Shown here piece by piece: positions 48,958-61,093 of a DNA stretch of 64,000 nt. A program made the position numbers and the translations under genes. The first letter of the stretch is position 1; every line of letters starts with the position of its first letter. Source of the DNA: Hyaloraphidium curvatum SAG 235-1 (taxonomy: Eukaryota > Fungi > Monoblepharomycota); NCBI GenBank assembly GCA_025558095.1, contig JAIVFI010000001.1, positions 248,001-312,000 on the forward strand. Reading direction: 5' to 3'. The notes below the pieces were generated by a model that saw nothing but the letters and a program-made list of their open reading frames with translations, searched no databases and was not told where the DNA came from.

Positions 48958-50149
48958 GGCTCATCTAGACGTGCGGAATGGCATGGATAATGAGGCAGTG
49001 GCGGGGTCTAAGGAGGGGATCCCTGGTGAGGGATCGCGGTCACAAGGACTTGCGTTGGTGCTCAATCGCGGCGGGATCGTGCACGCCGGTTCAGCGTCAG
49101 ATGCCTGCCGTGCCGCAAACCACTGGGCGCCGCGTTCGAGGCGGCGGGGTTGCAAAGGACGCGTCGAGAAACGCGCATTCGCTCCCCCGGACGATACGCG
49201 CTACCGCAGCCCGGCACGGGCGATGGAACACGCGGGCCGTTCCCGGACGATCTTTGGAGCGCGGTTGCCGGAAGGCCGCGCCTTGAGACTTGGACGCGCT
49301 CAACGCCGACGCGTCGGTCCTCAGTCGCTCTCGTGACGAACCACGGCTCGAACTGTCTCGCCGGGCGCGACGGGAGCACCAGATTCTTCGCCAACATATC
49401 TGTGTCAGTGATGGCGAGAACGAGCCGGACTCTGAGGACAAGTCGTTTTCGCCTTCGCCCAGTCCTCTCGTCCTGGCTTCGCCGCCCATTCAATCCACAA
49501 CGTGCCCCGCCTCCTCGTCAACCTGCCCGCGGCGGACCTGATCAAGCACACGGTGCTTCAACTCTCCTCCCTTAGAGCCCCGGCGCCATGCTCGCGGACC
49601 CCAGAAATCGCATCGCTCACCGGCCCTTCGTCCTCGAAATCCGCCTCGGCCTTTCGACTCCCTCGGATCCGCACCATGCTCCACTTTCCCGACTTCTGCC
49701 CGCGCCTGCTGACCCTGGACCTGCTGGGCGCGCGGGACTGGAGCAATGTCCTCCTTGCCGAGCTCCGGCGGCGGAGCGGACAGGGCCCGCCGTGATACTT
49801 GGCCGCGTACACGGACCGACCGGACCGCAGGCCACGGTTTCCCTGGACGCCGATGCGGAAGGCTTATGGATCGGCGAGCCGAGGCCGCTGAGGTGCAGAT
49901 ACAGGGAGCTTCTGACTATCCGTTGGCGCCGACGGCGTCCAGGGACAATCCGATCTGCTGTTCCTGCTGGTCGTTGTCGATGACGAGGACAGATATGCGG
50001 GCCTCGAATCCCGGCGCAACCCGCGACGCAGATTGGGAAAAGAGACTCTTTCTTTGCGGACAATTGGCCAAATCCCCAACTCCGGGACCCGGATAACCGA
50101 TTGCATGAAGCGCCAAGCCACCAAGGCAGGATTCATCGGAGGACAAAGT

Positions 50150-53100
50150 TGCAGAACAAATGAAGTTCATTATGTCGATTGCAAACAAGGTCAACTGTAC
50201 AAATCGGTCTCATCTACAACCTCTTCTTTCATGCCCAGCGTTCATTTCAGTTCCAGATTCCGATCGGCCGCTCAGGCCACGACGCGCGAGGTCGTGGTCT
50301 TGGAGAGCTTGGCCTGCGCGAGCATCTTGTCCGCCGATGCGGCCGCAGCCTCGGCGTCGGCCTTGGCCTCGGCGTTGCGCTTCGAGCGCCGGGCCAGGAG
50401 CACGCCGAGGGCGACGAGGGCGGCCGCCACCACGGCAGCGACGACGGCGATGCCGGCGATGGCCCCGGGCGAGAGCGACGAAGAGGAGGTGCTGAGCACG
50501 GTGACCGAGCCGTCGCTGGAGACCTGGATGTTCTCCGGCACCCGGATCGCGACAGGCTTGGTGACCAGCTCGGCGTCCTGGATCGACGAGGCCGTCTCGA
50601 TGTTCTGCACCTCGACGTCGCGGTAGAGGAGGCGGCGGCGGCGCTGGCCGGCGAAGTTCTGCCTCTGGTCGGCGTACATCCTGATGAGCATGGTGATGGT
50701 GTACGAGAGCTGCTTGTTGCGGTCGTTGGGCAGAAGGATCATGGCGTCAAGGCTGTCGTCCACGCTGTCGAAGCCGCTCAGCTCGGACGACCGAAGCCGG
50801 ATGTTGGGCGTGAACGAGGTGCGGATGGTCCACTGCTTGCCGGAGTCGGCCGAGTCGATGTCGCTGACGAAGTTGACGTTGGTGCCGATCGTCGTGATGG
50901 TGCCAGTAGAGGCACCGGAAAGGGCAGTGGGGTCAGCCGCAGTCCACAGGCTCCAGTAGCCCGAGAGGCCGTTCGCGCCCGTGCGGGCGACGCGGTACTC
51001 TTTGATCGCCACGGCGTCGAGCTGCTTGTTGGTGGTGAAGACGCCGTTGGCCTCGACGGTCTGGCCGATCGTGCGCGAGGTCCTGCGAGGAAACCAAACG
51101 TCAGAAGCTGCTCCATGGGCCACGTCGCCGCCAAACTCACTGAAGAACGTCGAACTGGGTGGTCCACGAGATGGGGAAGTCGGTCTGCGCGCTCTTGCAG
51201 AAGTCGATGTTGCCCGTGAACTTGAAGGCGCCGAGGTTGGTCAGCTGGAGCGCATCGCGCATCGTGACGTTGCCGCATTGGAAGTTCTGGGTGCCGTTGT
51301 AGGTCGAGTTGCAGTCCAGGTAGAAGTCGAACTGGTAGGCAGTTTCCGACGAGATCGAGCACGATGCCGCGATGGAGAGCGTCGGCGTCCACGTGTACGT
51401 GAGGACACCCTCGACCCGGCACTCTTCTCCAATGCTGTCGCATGCGGTGCCCCCGCTGGTGTGGTAGCCGTCCCGGTTGTTGGTGAACAGGTTGGAGAAG
51501 ACGCCGCCGGGGTAGACGGTGTTGTCCGTCAGGTCCTTGCCGGCGTACGTGTTGCTGCCGTCGTTCACGAGGAAGTTGTTGGCGTTGGCGGCGTAGATAG
51601 GCAGCTTGGCGAAGTAGGGGAATAACGTCGTGAGCTGGTAAGAGATGTGGGCCTTGACGACGCCGGCCTCGCTCTTCTCGTACGTGACGCCGGTGACCGT
51701 GAAGTCATCCTTGTCTGCAGGGAAGGACGCGTCAGATGGTGGGAGGCAGGACCGTGGCGAGGCAACTTACACATGTCTTCGGTGCTCGAGGTAGCGTTGG
51801 TCGTGTCGTTGTACTCGCTCTGCACCTGGATGATGACGTCGTACCAGGTCGACATGGCCGCGCGGGGCATGCCGGTGACGCTGCCGTTGACGCCGACCAA
51901 GTCGTTGTCCTGCCACTGCACGTGGATGCGGCCCTTGTAGTTGCGGTAGGTGCCGTTGGTCAGGGCCGACTCGTTGGCCGAGATGGTGAAGCCGCAGTTG
52001 GCGACCCCCGAGCCGCGGAAGGTCTCCCAGGCCATGGTCCATAGGTGGTTGAAGTAGCAGGTGGAGCCGGAGCTGGCCGCAGTCAGGGAGTTCGCCGCGT
52101 CGCTGATGATCACGTTCGTGGCCGGGGTGGCGACGTTGGCGAAGCGTTCGAAGGTCTGCTTGCATTGAGCGTTCCCGCCGGAAATGAGGGCATCGGCGGC
52201 CGCGAAGGTGGTGACCGAGGGGCCGGAGAGGGCAATGTCGAGTTTCCTGGAGAAGGGGTCAGCGCCGGCCCGCGTTGCGACGCCCGCGAGGTGCCCACCT
52301 AAAGTAGCCAGTGCCGTCGCCGGGCGCCGGAGGGCCGGTCTGCACCCAGAACTCGAGGGCGTCGGTGCCCGAGTTGACGACGTAGGTGTACGAGCTCGAG
52401 TCGCCGGCGGCGACCAGGCGGGGGCCAGCGGGGATGTAGCCAGGCTGCGGGACGGAACGTCAGCGCGGCATAGAGACCGCAGGCGAAGGAGGCTCACGTC
52501 GGTGTCGTTGCCGAGGGTGGGAAGCTGCATGGTGCAAGAGAGCGCGGCCTCGGCGGGCGCCGCGAGGGCCGCGAGGGCGAAGGCCCCGGCGAGGAGCAGC
52601 CTATTGCTGCGCGAGAGCATGTTGAGGTGGTGTCGTTGCGTGGGTGATGAGGTTCTGCGGGCGGGGGCGTCGGACCTATATAGCGCGCCGGGTGCGTCCT
52701 GGATGACGACAGAGGATCGAGGGCGAAAACAGGACATGACTAACTCACCCTGACTCAACCGGGTCGCCGCCCCAGGCCGCAAAAGACCACCGGAAAACCA
52801 GCAAACACGCCACCAGAGTCCGGCAGAGTATTTGAGACCTGATGCTTGCGCATCCGCAGCGTTTTGCGCTGCCCGGGGCGTCGTCCGAATCGCCGCCCTC
52901 GAAATCCTCGATTTGCTGATGTAAGCAAGGGCGTGGCGAATTGACTCAACCCAGTGGCGCTCGTCAGCAAGGGGCCCTCCCAGTGAGAACCAGGGATCCC
53001 GAGGCGCGGGATGGCCCGGGTGCTCCGGATTATCCGCCAGCCCCTCGAGTGGGTGGGGTTGGGCGGCCTCACGCGCCAGCGCCACCGGAGGCCGGTCGCT

Positions 53101-53370
53101 CGGCGGCCGAGCATCCGAGGCAAGCTGCCGCTCGAGAACCGGGCAACGGCGAGCAAGCAAGCGTTTGCCGGTGGATGGCCGCCCCGGAGGTCCTGCCCTG
53201 AAGATGTCGTAGGCCGGACATGGGCATCCGCGCTCACGTCCCCGCGGATGGCGGGTTCAACGCCATTCCTGCACTGCCGCTCCCGCGTAGGATATTGCCG
53301 GAGTCCGGAGTCGCATGCAAAGCTACAGCTCGGATGTCAAGCGCGGGCTCCCTCGCCCACAGGCGTAGGG
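50150..53370 (+). repeat. Direct duplication, copy 1 (offset 7582 bp to copy 2)
   Basis: All ORF translations from 50272 to 52753 recur unchanged at +7582. The flanks are similar but diverged. Confidence 0.95.
50272..52620 (-). CDS. Type I membrane/cell-surface glycoprotein, copy 1 (four short introns)
   Basis: Signal peptide MLSRSNRLLLAGAFALAALAAPAEA; Cys- and Thr-rich beta-like ectodomain with many N-x-S/T sequons; RRRRLL; TM GAIAGIAVVAAVVAAALVALGVLL; short basic tail; TATA at ~52677-52682. Confidence 0.85.
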
Positions 53371-54672
53371 CCACCAACCGCCGCCAGCCTCCGCGTGTGC
53401 TCCTCCAGCGCCGCCCGCAGCCTCCCCTCCCACGCCCGCATGCCGACCGGATCCCACGGCGCCTCGACGTCTTCCTTCGCGTCCCTGTCGGTCTTGTAGT
53501 GCAGCATCTTCAGCTCCGTGTTCGGATCCAGGTACCTCGGCCGCCGCGGCGGCGAATCCACAACGTGGACCGAGTGCGTGCCGACGTCGGGTGGGCGGAA
53601 GAAGACCTTGTGGCGGCCGGCGAGGTCGAAGGCCGGGTAGCGGAAGCGGGCGGAGGTGACCAGCGGCCGCGAACTCTGCGGGTCGACGGCGGTGATGTTG
53701 ACCGATCCAGGACCGCGCGAATAGAACCAGCTGTACGCGGTAAAGTGCGTCCTCCTGCCCGGTTTCGCGGCCGCCTCGATGCGCCGGAGCAGCGCAGGCA
53801 CCATCCGCTCCCCGATGGGCAGCATGTACTCGTCCTTGTCGTGGACGGTCATCCACTCGGCCAGCGCGCCGTACCGCCGGATGCAGTGGTTGTTGGCGGT
53901 GATCTGCTGCAGGACCCACGTCCGGCCGAGCTCGGGCTGCTTTCCGAGCTCGAAGCGGGGCCATGGCACCACGGTGACCAAGCCGTCGGCCACAAAAGGG
54001 CCGAGCGCGCGGGCCAGGTCGGCCGGGAAGGCCGAGTGCGGCTCGTGGTGCGCGTAGATGAAGAAGTGCGAGTAGCCAACGAGCCGGTGGAACGAAATCC
54101 ATTCCGGCAGTCCCTCGTCGCTATTGACCATAGTGCACACCGCGAGTTCGAAGGAGGGCGGTGCTTCCGGGCCGCAGCGAGAAGGATGGGGTTCAAGCCG
54201 GTAGAATCTGGCCGGAGACGCTCCGCGGGGCACTACGCCAACTCGAACAGTTCGCCCGCTGTCCAGCAGGGTTCGTGCGCTCGTAGGTATGGGGCAACGC
54301 CGGGCGAAGATGTGCTCGCTCGCATTGAGGTACTCTGAAGGTTGGACCACGGAGCGATGCCTGCCCTCGAACACGCAGTCCAATGGTGTGCGCTTCGCAC
54401 GGGACAGCGAAACAGTGCCTCCGTCAACACCGCCCAGCAGGGTCGCGTTCTGGTGCAGGGCGTCCGCGAGAAGCGCGAAACCGGGCGGCAGTGAGACAGC
54501 CGACAAATCGACATCGACGCTCCCCGGGGTGTGCAGGCCGGCAATACGCCCGTTTGTCGCGGGGTGACGAGTCCATTGCGTCCGACAAGATGAGCTTCGA
54601 CGTTCCGGCAGTGAGTGCGGCGTAAACGAGCAGGAGCGCCGGGAACCTGGGGACCCCGAGTCCGACGGGCAT
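53337..54672 (-). CDS. Glycosyltransferase family 92 / DUF23-like; 5' signal anchor lies in a different frame
   Basis: LAVCTMV…LPEWISFHRLVGYSHFFIY, NHCIRRY, WMTVHDKDEYM, HSVH, LHY. The ATG at 54672 (MPVGLGVPRFPALLLVYAALTAG) is out of frame with the catalytic ORF. Confidence 0.8.
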
Positions 54673-55012
54673 CGCACACTCCGATCAAGCCTTCAGTCCG
54701 ACCACGGCGATGCGTGCGAAGCTAGTTCGAATCCCCATGCTCGGCGTAGTTTCGAGAGAGAGATGAAGAGGCGCAAATGCGCTCCGAACCGTCGTACACT
54801 CCGCGTGCCTCGTTGATGACCTCGACGAAATCGGCCCCTCGAAAGACGCAGGATGGCCGCGAAACCAGCCGAAAAGATTGAAGAGCCGCGATATCTGTTG
54901 CCGATAGGCCCCGACATGTTGTCGCGCTGCAAGGACGCCATGCCCGCGATTTTTCGTATTCGCGTCCTAGGCGAGGCCCCCATATTCAACCGCTGGCGTC
55001 AGGCTCCCCGAA

Positions 55013-57639
55013 ATGCAGGCCACGGGGGCCGGCGGAGCGCCTTTCATGGGTACCGCTGGCCTTAGCGGGTCGGCCGAGTTGTCTTTCGGCCTCGGCGGTC
55101 CGGGTTCAGGCCAGATGGCGCTCTTCGATGAGCCACTGGGAGCCGCTCCGAACTCGGCCGGCACCAACGGCGCGACGTCGCCGGGAAATACTCTTCCACC
55201 GAGAGGCAGCGAAAAGCTGCATCCTCCGCGGGCACGGAAGGCGCGAGTTTCAGGCGGGGCTTCGCCGTACCCCGCAGAGCGCGACCGCCGCCTTTTGGGG
55301 ACCCATGCTGGCGCTGCCGTGGAAGATGGGATGGCTCAACATCACCAAACTCAGCTTTCACGGCAATCCCATGTGTCGCAATTGCCGACGGCGCCCGGCG
55401 CAAAGACTCCGGACGCGGTGCCTGCTCAGGAGGGCAATCGGGTCCTCGCCCTGTTTGCGGACCTGCCACAACTGCCGTCGCAGGCGGTTTACAATGAGCT
55501 GATCGGGCTTTACTTTGAGAAGCTTCCTCCGACGCTTGCCATAATTCACCGAGATCAGTTTTTGGGCTCGCTGGCCATCACCCCGTCGACCCCCGGCACT
55601 GAACAGCAGCCAGCCAACCGTGGCGGACGGCCACCGGCTTCGTTAGTGTTTTCCATGATTGCCCTGTCGTCCCGCTATCATCCTGCTTTCAAAGATTCTC
55701 CCGAACTGTGCCGGACAATGTGGTACGAACGTGCCAAGCGACTGCTGCTCCCGCGACTCGCCGATCGTGGCACGGCGGACATAGCGACGCTGAAGACCGT
55801 GCTGCACTTGTGCGTTTTTGCGCTGGGGCTTAGCATGTGGCAGGCGGCGTATTTCTGGCTCGGCACTGCCGTGAGCATGTCTCGAATGCTCGGCTTGTAC
55901 GTGGAGAACAGCGCGAACGCTGTCGGAGATTCAGAAGACGGCCTGCTTAAGGGGGCGGAACAGTTTCCGGAGCGTTGGATGCTGGACGCCGATGGCACCA
56001 GCGGGGATGTCCTGGCCAGTTCTGGCGACCAAGATCCTGTCGGAAAGGAGGAAAAACGGCGCTGCTATTGGGCGATTCGCAATCTCGACGTGTGAGTCGC
56101 TGTTGTTGGGCATTCGAGCTCGCAGGCAATGACGTTCGACGCCTTTTCGCAGCCATTTCGCCTTTGCGCTCAAGCGCCCGGCCATGTTCTCGTCTCGCGA
56201 GCATTTCTTCACGCTGCACATCCCCATTCCCGATGCCACCTTCTACGGCATCTTTGGCATATCTCCCACGGCGCTTTCGAAGGATCTGCCGCTGTTGGCG
56301 ACTACGGCGGTAACGATGGAGATGCTGTTTCGTCCCGTTGCGGGCAATCCGCTTCTCTTGAGCGAGAGCACTCTCGGTCCCTCGAGCTACATTGCCGCTC
56401 TCATGGACGTGCTCGCTTCCGTCGTGGAGTTTCGGCAACACTGCCATCGCCTGGGTTTTCTTGCCTTCCGCCCGACCTCGGAGAACCAGGCTTTCTATGT
56501 CAACAACGAAGCGGAGCGGATCGAGCTCAAGATGCGGACGTGGTGGCAACGTCTGCCAGAGACTGTCCGAGCAGTGCTTGCCGAGACGGACGCCGGGGGC
56601 GATCCGGATATGTTGTCTTCGGGCGTTCCTGGAGCTCTGGGATTCTCCGGAAGTCGGCTTCCCGTTGATCCAATCGTGCCGAGCAGTGGCTGGTGGTGGG
56701 GAGGGGAGGCAGAAGAGTACGACTTTATCTGCGCGGGCATGGCCTTCTTCGTCATCGGAGCCACTTTGTTTGGTGGGTTATCGTGCGCCCCCTTGCTTTG
56801 TCCGCCATCTAACGTTGGACGCAGCGCCCGAGTATAATCTCACTGCCACTGCCATGCGGCTTGCCTGCAAGGACAACGTTGTGCTCCATCCAGCCGCTGA
56901 TGGTTCGGTCCACGCGGATACCTTCTCAAGGGCGCAGACGGAAATTCGTCAGGTCGACGCGGCCTTGAGCGCCTGGCAGTCGTCTTCATGGTTTGCCCGC
57001 AGTGTAGACTACGCTTCTCGAGGATCTCGCCTCTTGCGCGTCATTGAGCAAATGTCAGGCAACGAAACGCGGCGGGACACCCCACTCTTTGCGTTCTGTG
57101 CCTACCAGCTGGGGCTTCTCAACCTAATCGCCGCGCGACAGCTGACTGTCGACCCTGGACTTTCCGCGAGCATGTTTACATCATCGGGCTCCGATGCAGG
57201 CCTTCTCGGAGGCGTTGCTCCCGGCCAGTTCTCCGCGGCGCTCTTGACCGTGTTTCGGAACAATCTCTTAGACCTCGCTGGCGTTTCGGCGCGACTGCTA
57301 GCTCAGCCGACCATTTTCAGCGGGCATTACGCTGCGTTCCCCGCCGATTCACCTGGGTCGCCCGTCTCGCGCGATCAAGTGCTGAATCCGAACGGCCATT
57401 TACTGAACCGCTTGCTTGGGGCTATCGGCGGAACCGGAGCGATACCTGTGCAGGTTGCCGGTGTCCACGGACTGTCTCGTGCGTCTGTATCTGCTCTTGC
57501 GACACCGATCGGGAACCCTGTAAGCGGGCAGGTCACGACAGCGCTGATGACGAACGGGCAGCTTGTTCTTGGACCTGGTTCTGGTGGAATTCTGGGATCT
57601 GGAGCCTCGGGAAGTTGGACTGGGGGCGCGTTTGGTTAG
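55013..57639 (+). CDS. Fungal-specific transcription factor domain protein (middle homology region), introns ~56092-56152 and ~56773-56826
   Basis: LIGLYFE…IIHRDQFL, AYFWLGTAVSMSRMLGL, EEKRRCYWAIRNLDV|HFAFALKRP. Confidence 0.82.
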
Positions 57640-57729
57640 GACAGCAGTGTATGTGGCGCGAAGACTTGTTCAGACCTGCACGCCTGTCCAGATGAGGCCG
57701 GACAGCGCGTACAAACGGGTGAAGCCGCC

Positions 57730-60700
57730 AGAACGAATATCAAGGTCATCAATCTCGATTGCGCACAAAGTCAACTGTACAAATCGGTCTCATCTACAAG
57801 CTTCTCCCTTCATGCCCAGCGTTCAGTTCAGTTCCAGAGTACGGATCGGCCGCTCAGGCCACGACGCGCGAGGTCGTGGTCTTGGAGAGCTTGGCCTGCG
57901 CGAGCATCTTGTCCGCCGATGCGGCCGCAGCCTCGGCGTCGGCCTTGGCCTCGGCGTTGCGCTTCGAGCGCCGGGCCAGGAGCACGCCGAGGGCGACGAG
58001 GGCGGCCGCCACCACGGCAGCGACGACGGCGATGCCGGCGATGGCCCCGGGCGAGAGCGACGAAGAGGAGGTGCTGAGCACGGTGACCGAGCCGTCGCTG
58101 GAGACCTGGATGTTCTCCGGCACCCGGATCGCGACAGGCTTGGTGACCAGCTCGGCGTCCTGGATCGACGAGGCCGTCTCGATGTTCTGCACCTCGACGT
58201 CGCGGTAGAGGAGGCGGCGGCGGCGCTGGCCGGCGAAGTTCTGCCTCTGGTCGGCGTACATCCTGATGAGCATGGTGATGGTGTACGAGAGCTGCTTGTT
58301 GCGGTCGTTGGGCAGAAGGATCATGGCGTCAAGGCTGTCGTCCACGCTGTCGAAGCCGCTCAGCTCGGACGACCGAAGCCGGATGTTGGGCGTGAACGAG
58401 GTGCGGATGGTCCACTGCTTGCCGGAGTCGGCCGAGTCGATGTCGCTGACGAAGTTGACGTTGGTGCCGATCGTCGTGATGGTGCCAGTAGAGGCACCGG
58501 AAAGGGCAGTGGGGTCAGCCGCAGTCCACAGGCTCCAGTAGCCCGAGAGGCCGTTCGCGCCCGTGCGGGCGACGCGGTACTCTTTGATCGCCACGGCGTC
58601 GAGCTGCTTGTTGGTGGTGAAGACGCCGTTGGCCTCGACGGTCTGGCCGATCGTGCGCGAGGTCCTGCGAGGAAACCAAACGTCAGAAGCTGCTCCATGG
58701 GCCACGTCGCCGCCAAACTCACTGAAGAACGTCGAACTGGGTGGTCCACGAGATGGGGAAGTCGGTCTGCGCGCTCTTGCAGAAGTCGATGTTGCCCGTG
58801 AACTTGAAGGCGCCGAGGTTGGTCAGCTGGAGCGCATCGCGCATCGTGACGTTGCCGCATTGGAAGTTCTGGGTGCCGTTGTAGGTCGAGTTGCAGTCCA
58901 GGTAGAAGTCGAACTGGTAGGCAGTTTCCGACGAGATCGAGCACGATGCCGCGATGGAGAGCGTCGGCGTCCACGTGTACGTGAGGACACCCTCGACCCG
59001 GCACTCTTCTCCAATGCTGTCGCATGCGGTGCCCCCGCTGGTGTGGTAGCCGTCCCGGTTGTTGGTGAACAGGTTGGAGAAGACGCCGCCGGGGTAGACG
59101 GTGTTGTCCGTCAGGTCCTTGCCGGCGTACGTGTTGCTGCCGTCGTTCACGAGGAAGTTGTTGGCGTTGGCGGCGTAGATAGGCAGCTTGGCGAAGTAGG
59201 GGAATAACGTCGTGAGCTGGTAAGAGATGTGGGCCTTGACGACGCCGGCCTCGCTCTTCTCGTACGTGACGCCGGTGACCGTGAAGTCATCCTTGTCTGC
59301 AGGGAAGGACGCGTCAGATGGTGGGAGGCAGGACCGTGGCGAGGCAACTTACACATGTCTTCGGTGCTCGAGGTAGCGTTGGTCGTGTCGTTGTACTCGC
59401 TCTGCACCTGGATGATGACGTCGTACCAGGTCGACATGGCCGCGCGGGGCATGCCGGTGACGCTGCCGTTGACGCCGACCAAGTCGTTGTCCTGCCACTG
59501 CACGTGGATGCGGCCCTTGTAGTTGCGGTAGGTGCCGTTGGTCAGGGCCGACTCGTTGGCCGAGATGGTGAAGCCGCAGTTGGCGACCCCCGAGCCGCGG
59601 AAGGTCTCCCAGGCCATGGTCCATAGGTGGTTGAAGTAGCAGGTGGAGCCGGAGCTGGCCGCAGTCAGGGAGTTCGCCGCGTCGCTGATGATCACGTTCG
59701 TGGCCGGGGTGGCGACGTTGGCGAAGCGTTCGAAGGTCTGCTTGCATTGAGCGTTCCCGCCGGAAATGAGGGCATCGGCGGCCGCGAAGGTGGTGACCGA
59801 GGGGCCGGAGAGGGCAATGTCGAGTTTCCTGGAGAAGGGGTCAGCGCCGGCCCGCGTTGCGACGCCCGCGAGGTGCCCACCTAAAGTAGCCAGTGCCGTC
59901 GCCGGGCGCCGGAGGGCCGGTCTGCACCCAGAACTCGAGGGCGTCGGTGCCCGAGTTGACGACGTAGGTGTACGAGCTCGAGTCGCCGGCGGCGACCAGG
60001 CGGGGGCCAGCGGGGATGTAGCCAGGCTGCGGGACGGAACGTCAGCGCGGCATAGAGACCGCAGGCGAAGGAGGCTCACGTCGGTGTCGTTGCCGAGGGT
60101 GGGAAGCTGCATGGTGCAAGAGAGCGCGGCCTCGGCGGGCGCCGCGAGGGCCGCGAGGGCGAAGGCCCCGGCGAGGAGCAGCCTATTGCTGCGCGAGAGC
60201 ATGTTGAGGTGGTGTCGTTGCGTGGGTGATGAGGTTCTGCGGGCGGGGGCGTCGGACCTATATAGCGCGCCGGGTGCGTCCTGGATGACGACAGAGGATC
60301 GAGGGCGAAAACAGGACATGACTAACTCACCCTGACTCAACCGGGTCGCCGCCCCAGGCCGCAAAAGACCACCGGAAAACCAGCAAACACGCCACCAGAG
60401 TCCGGCAGAGTATTTGAGACCTGATGCTTGCGCATCCGCAGCGTTTTGCGCTGCCCGGGGCGTCGTCCGAATCGCCGCCCTCGAAATCCTCGATTTGCTG
60501 ATGTAAGCAAGGGCGTGGCGAATTGACTCAACCCAGTGGCGCTCGTCAGCAAGGGGCCCTCCCAGTGAGAACCAGGGATCCCGAGGCGCGGGATGGCCCG
60601 GGTGCTCCGGATTATCCGCCAGCCCCTCGAGTGGGTGGGGTTGGGCGGCCTCACGCGCCAGCGCCACCGGAGGCCAGCCGGTCGGCGTTGGCTGAGGTCC

Positions 60701-60962
60701 GACGATCCGACGCAAGCTGGCGCTCGAAAACCGGAACAGAGCGCAAGCACGCGTTTGTCGGTGGATGGCCGCCCGGAGGTTCCCCGCTGAAGATGTCGTA
60801 GGCGAACAGGGGCATCCACGCTCACGTCGCCAGTGGGATGGTGAGCCGAATGCCATTCCTGCACTGCCGCTCCGCACGACGCCGTGTAGGATATTGCCGG
60901 AGTCGCATGGAAATCTACAGCTCGGATGTCAAGCGCGGGCTCCCTCTCCCACAGGCGTAGGG
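57730..60962 (+). repeat. Direct duplication, copy 2, interrupted at 60962 by a retrotransposon
   Basis: Matches 50150-53370 up to …acaggcgtaggg, after which TGTCAGG begins. Confidence 0.95.
57854..60202 (-). CDS. Type I membrane/cell-surface glycoprotein, copy 2
   Basis: Translations are identical to copy 1 in every listed ORF. Confidence 0.85.
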
Positions 60963-61093
60963 TGTCAGGACGGGGCGCGGGGGACCCGTAAAGACCTGTG
61001 TTGACGACGTTGAGGAGTCACTACACAGCACTGCGCCTAGTCTTCCCTCGCCGGGGACCACCGTCCCCCTTGCCCCGACGCCGGCGCGTTACA
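60963..61093 (-). repeat. 3' LTR (131 bp, TGTAAC…CTGACA) preceded by a G-run polypurine tract
   Basis: The minus strand reads GGTT-(G-run)-TGA|TGTAACGCG…CCTGACA. Host homology resumes exactly at 60962. Confidence 0.8.

Noticed and set aside
49290-50100. Short ORFs between GT25 and the surface-protein gene
   Set aside because: No coherent gene model or domain could be supported.
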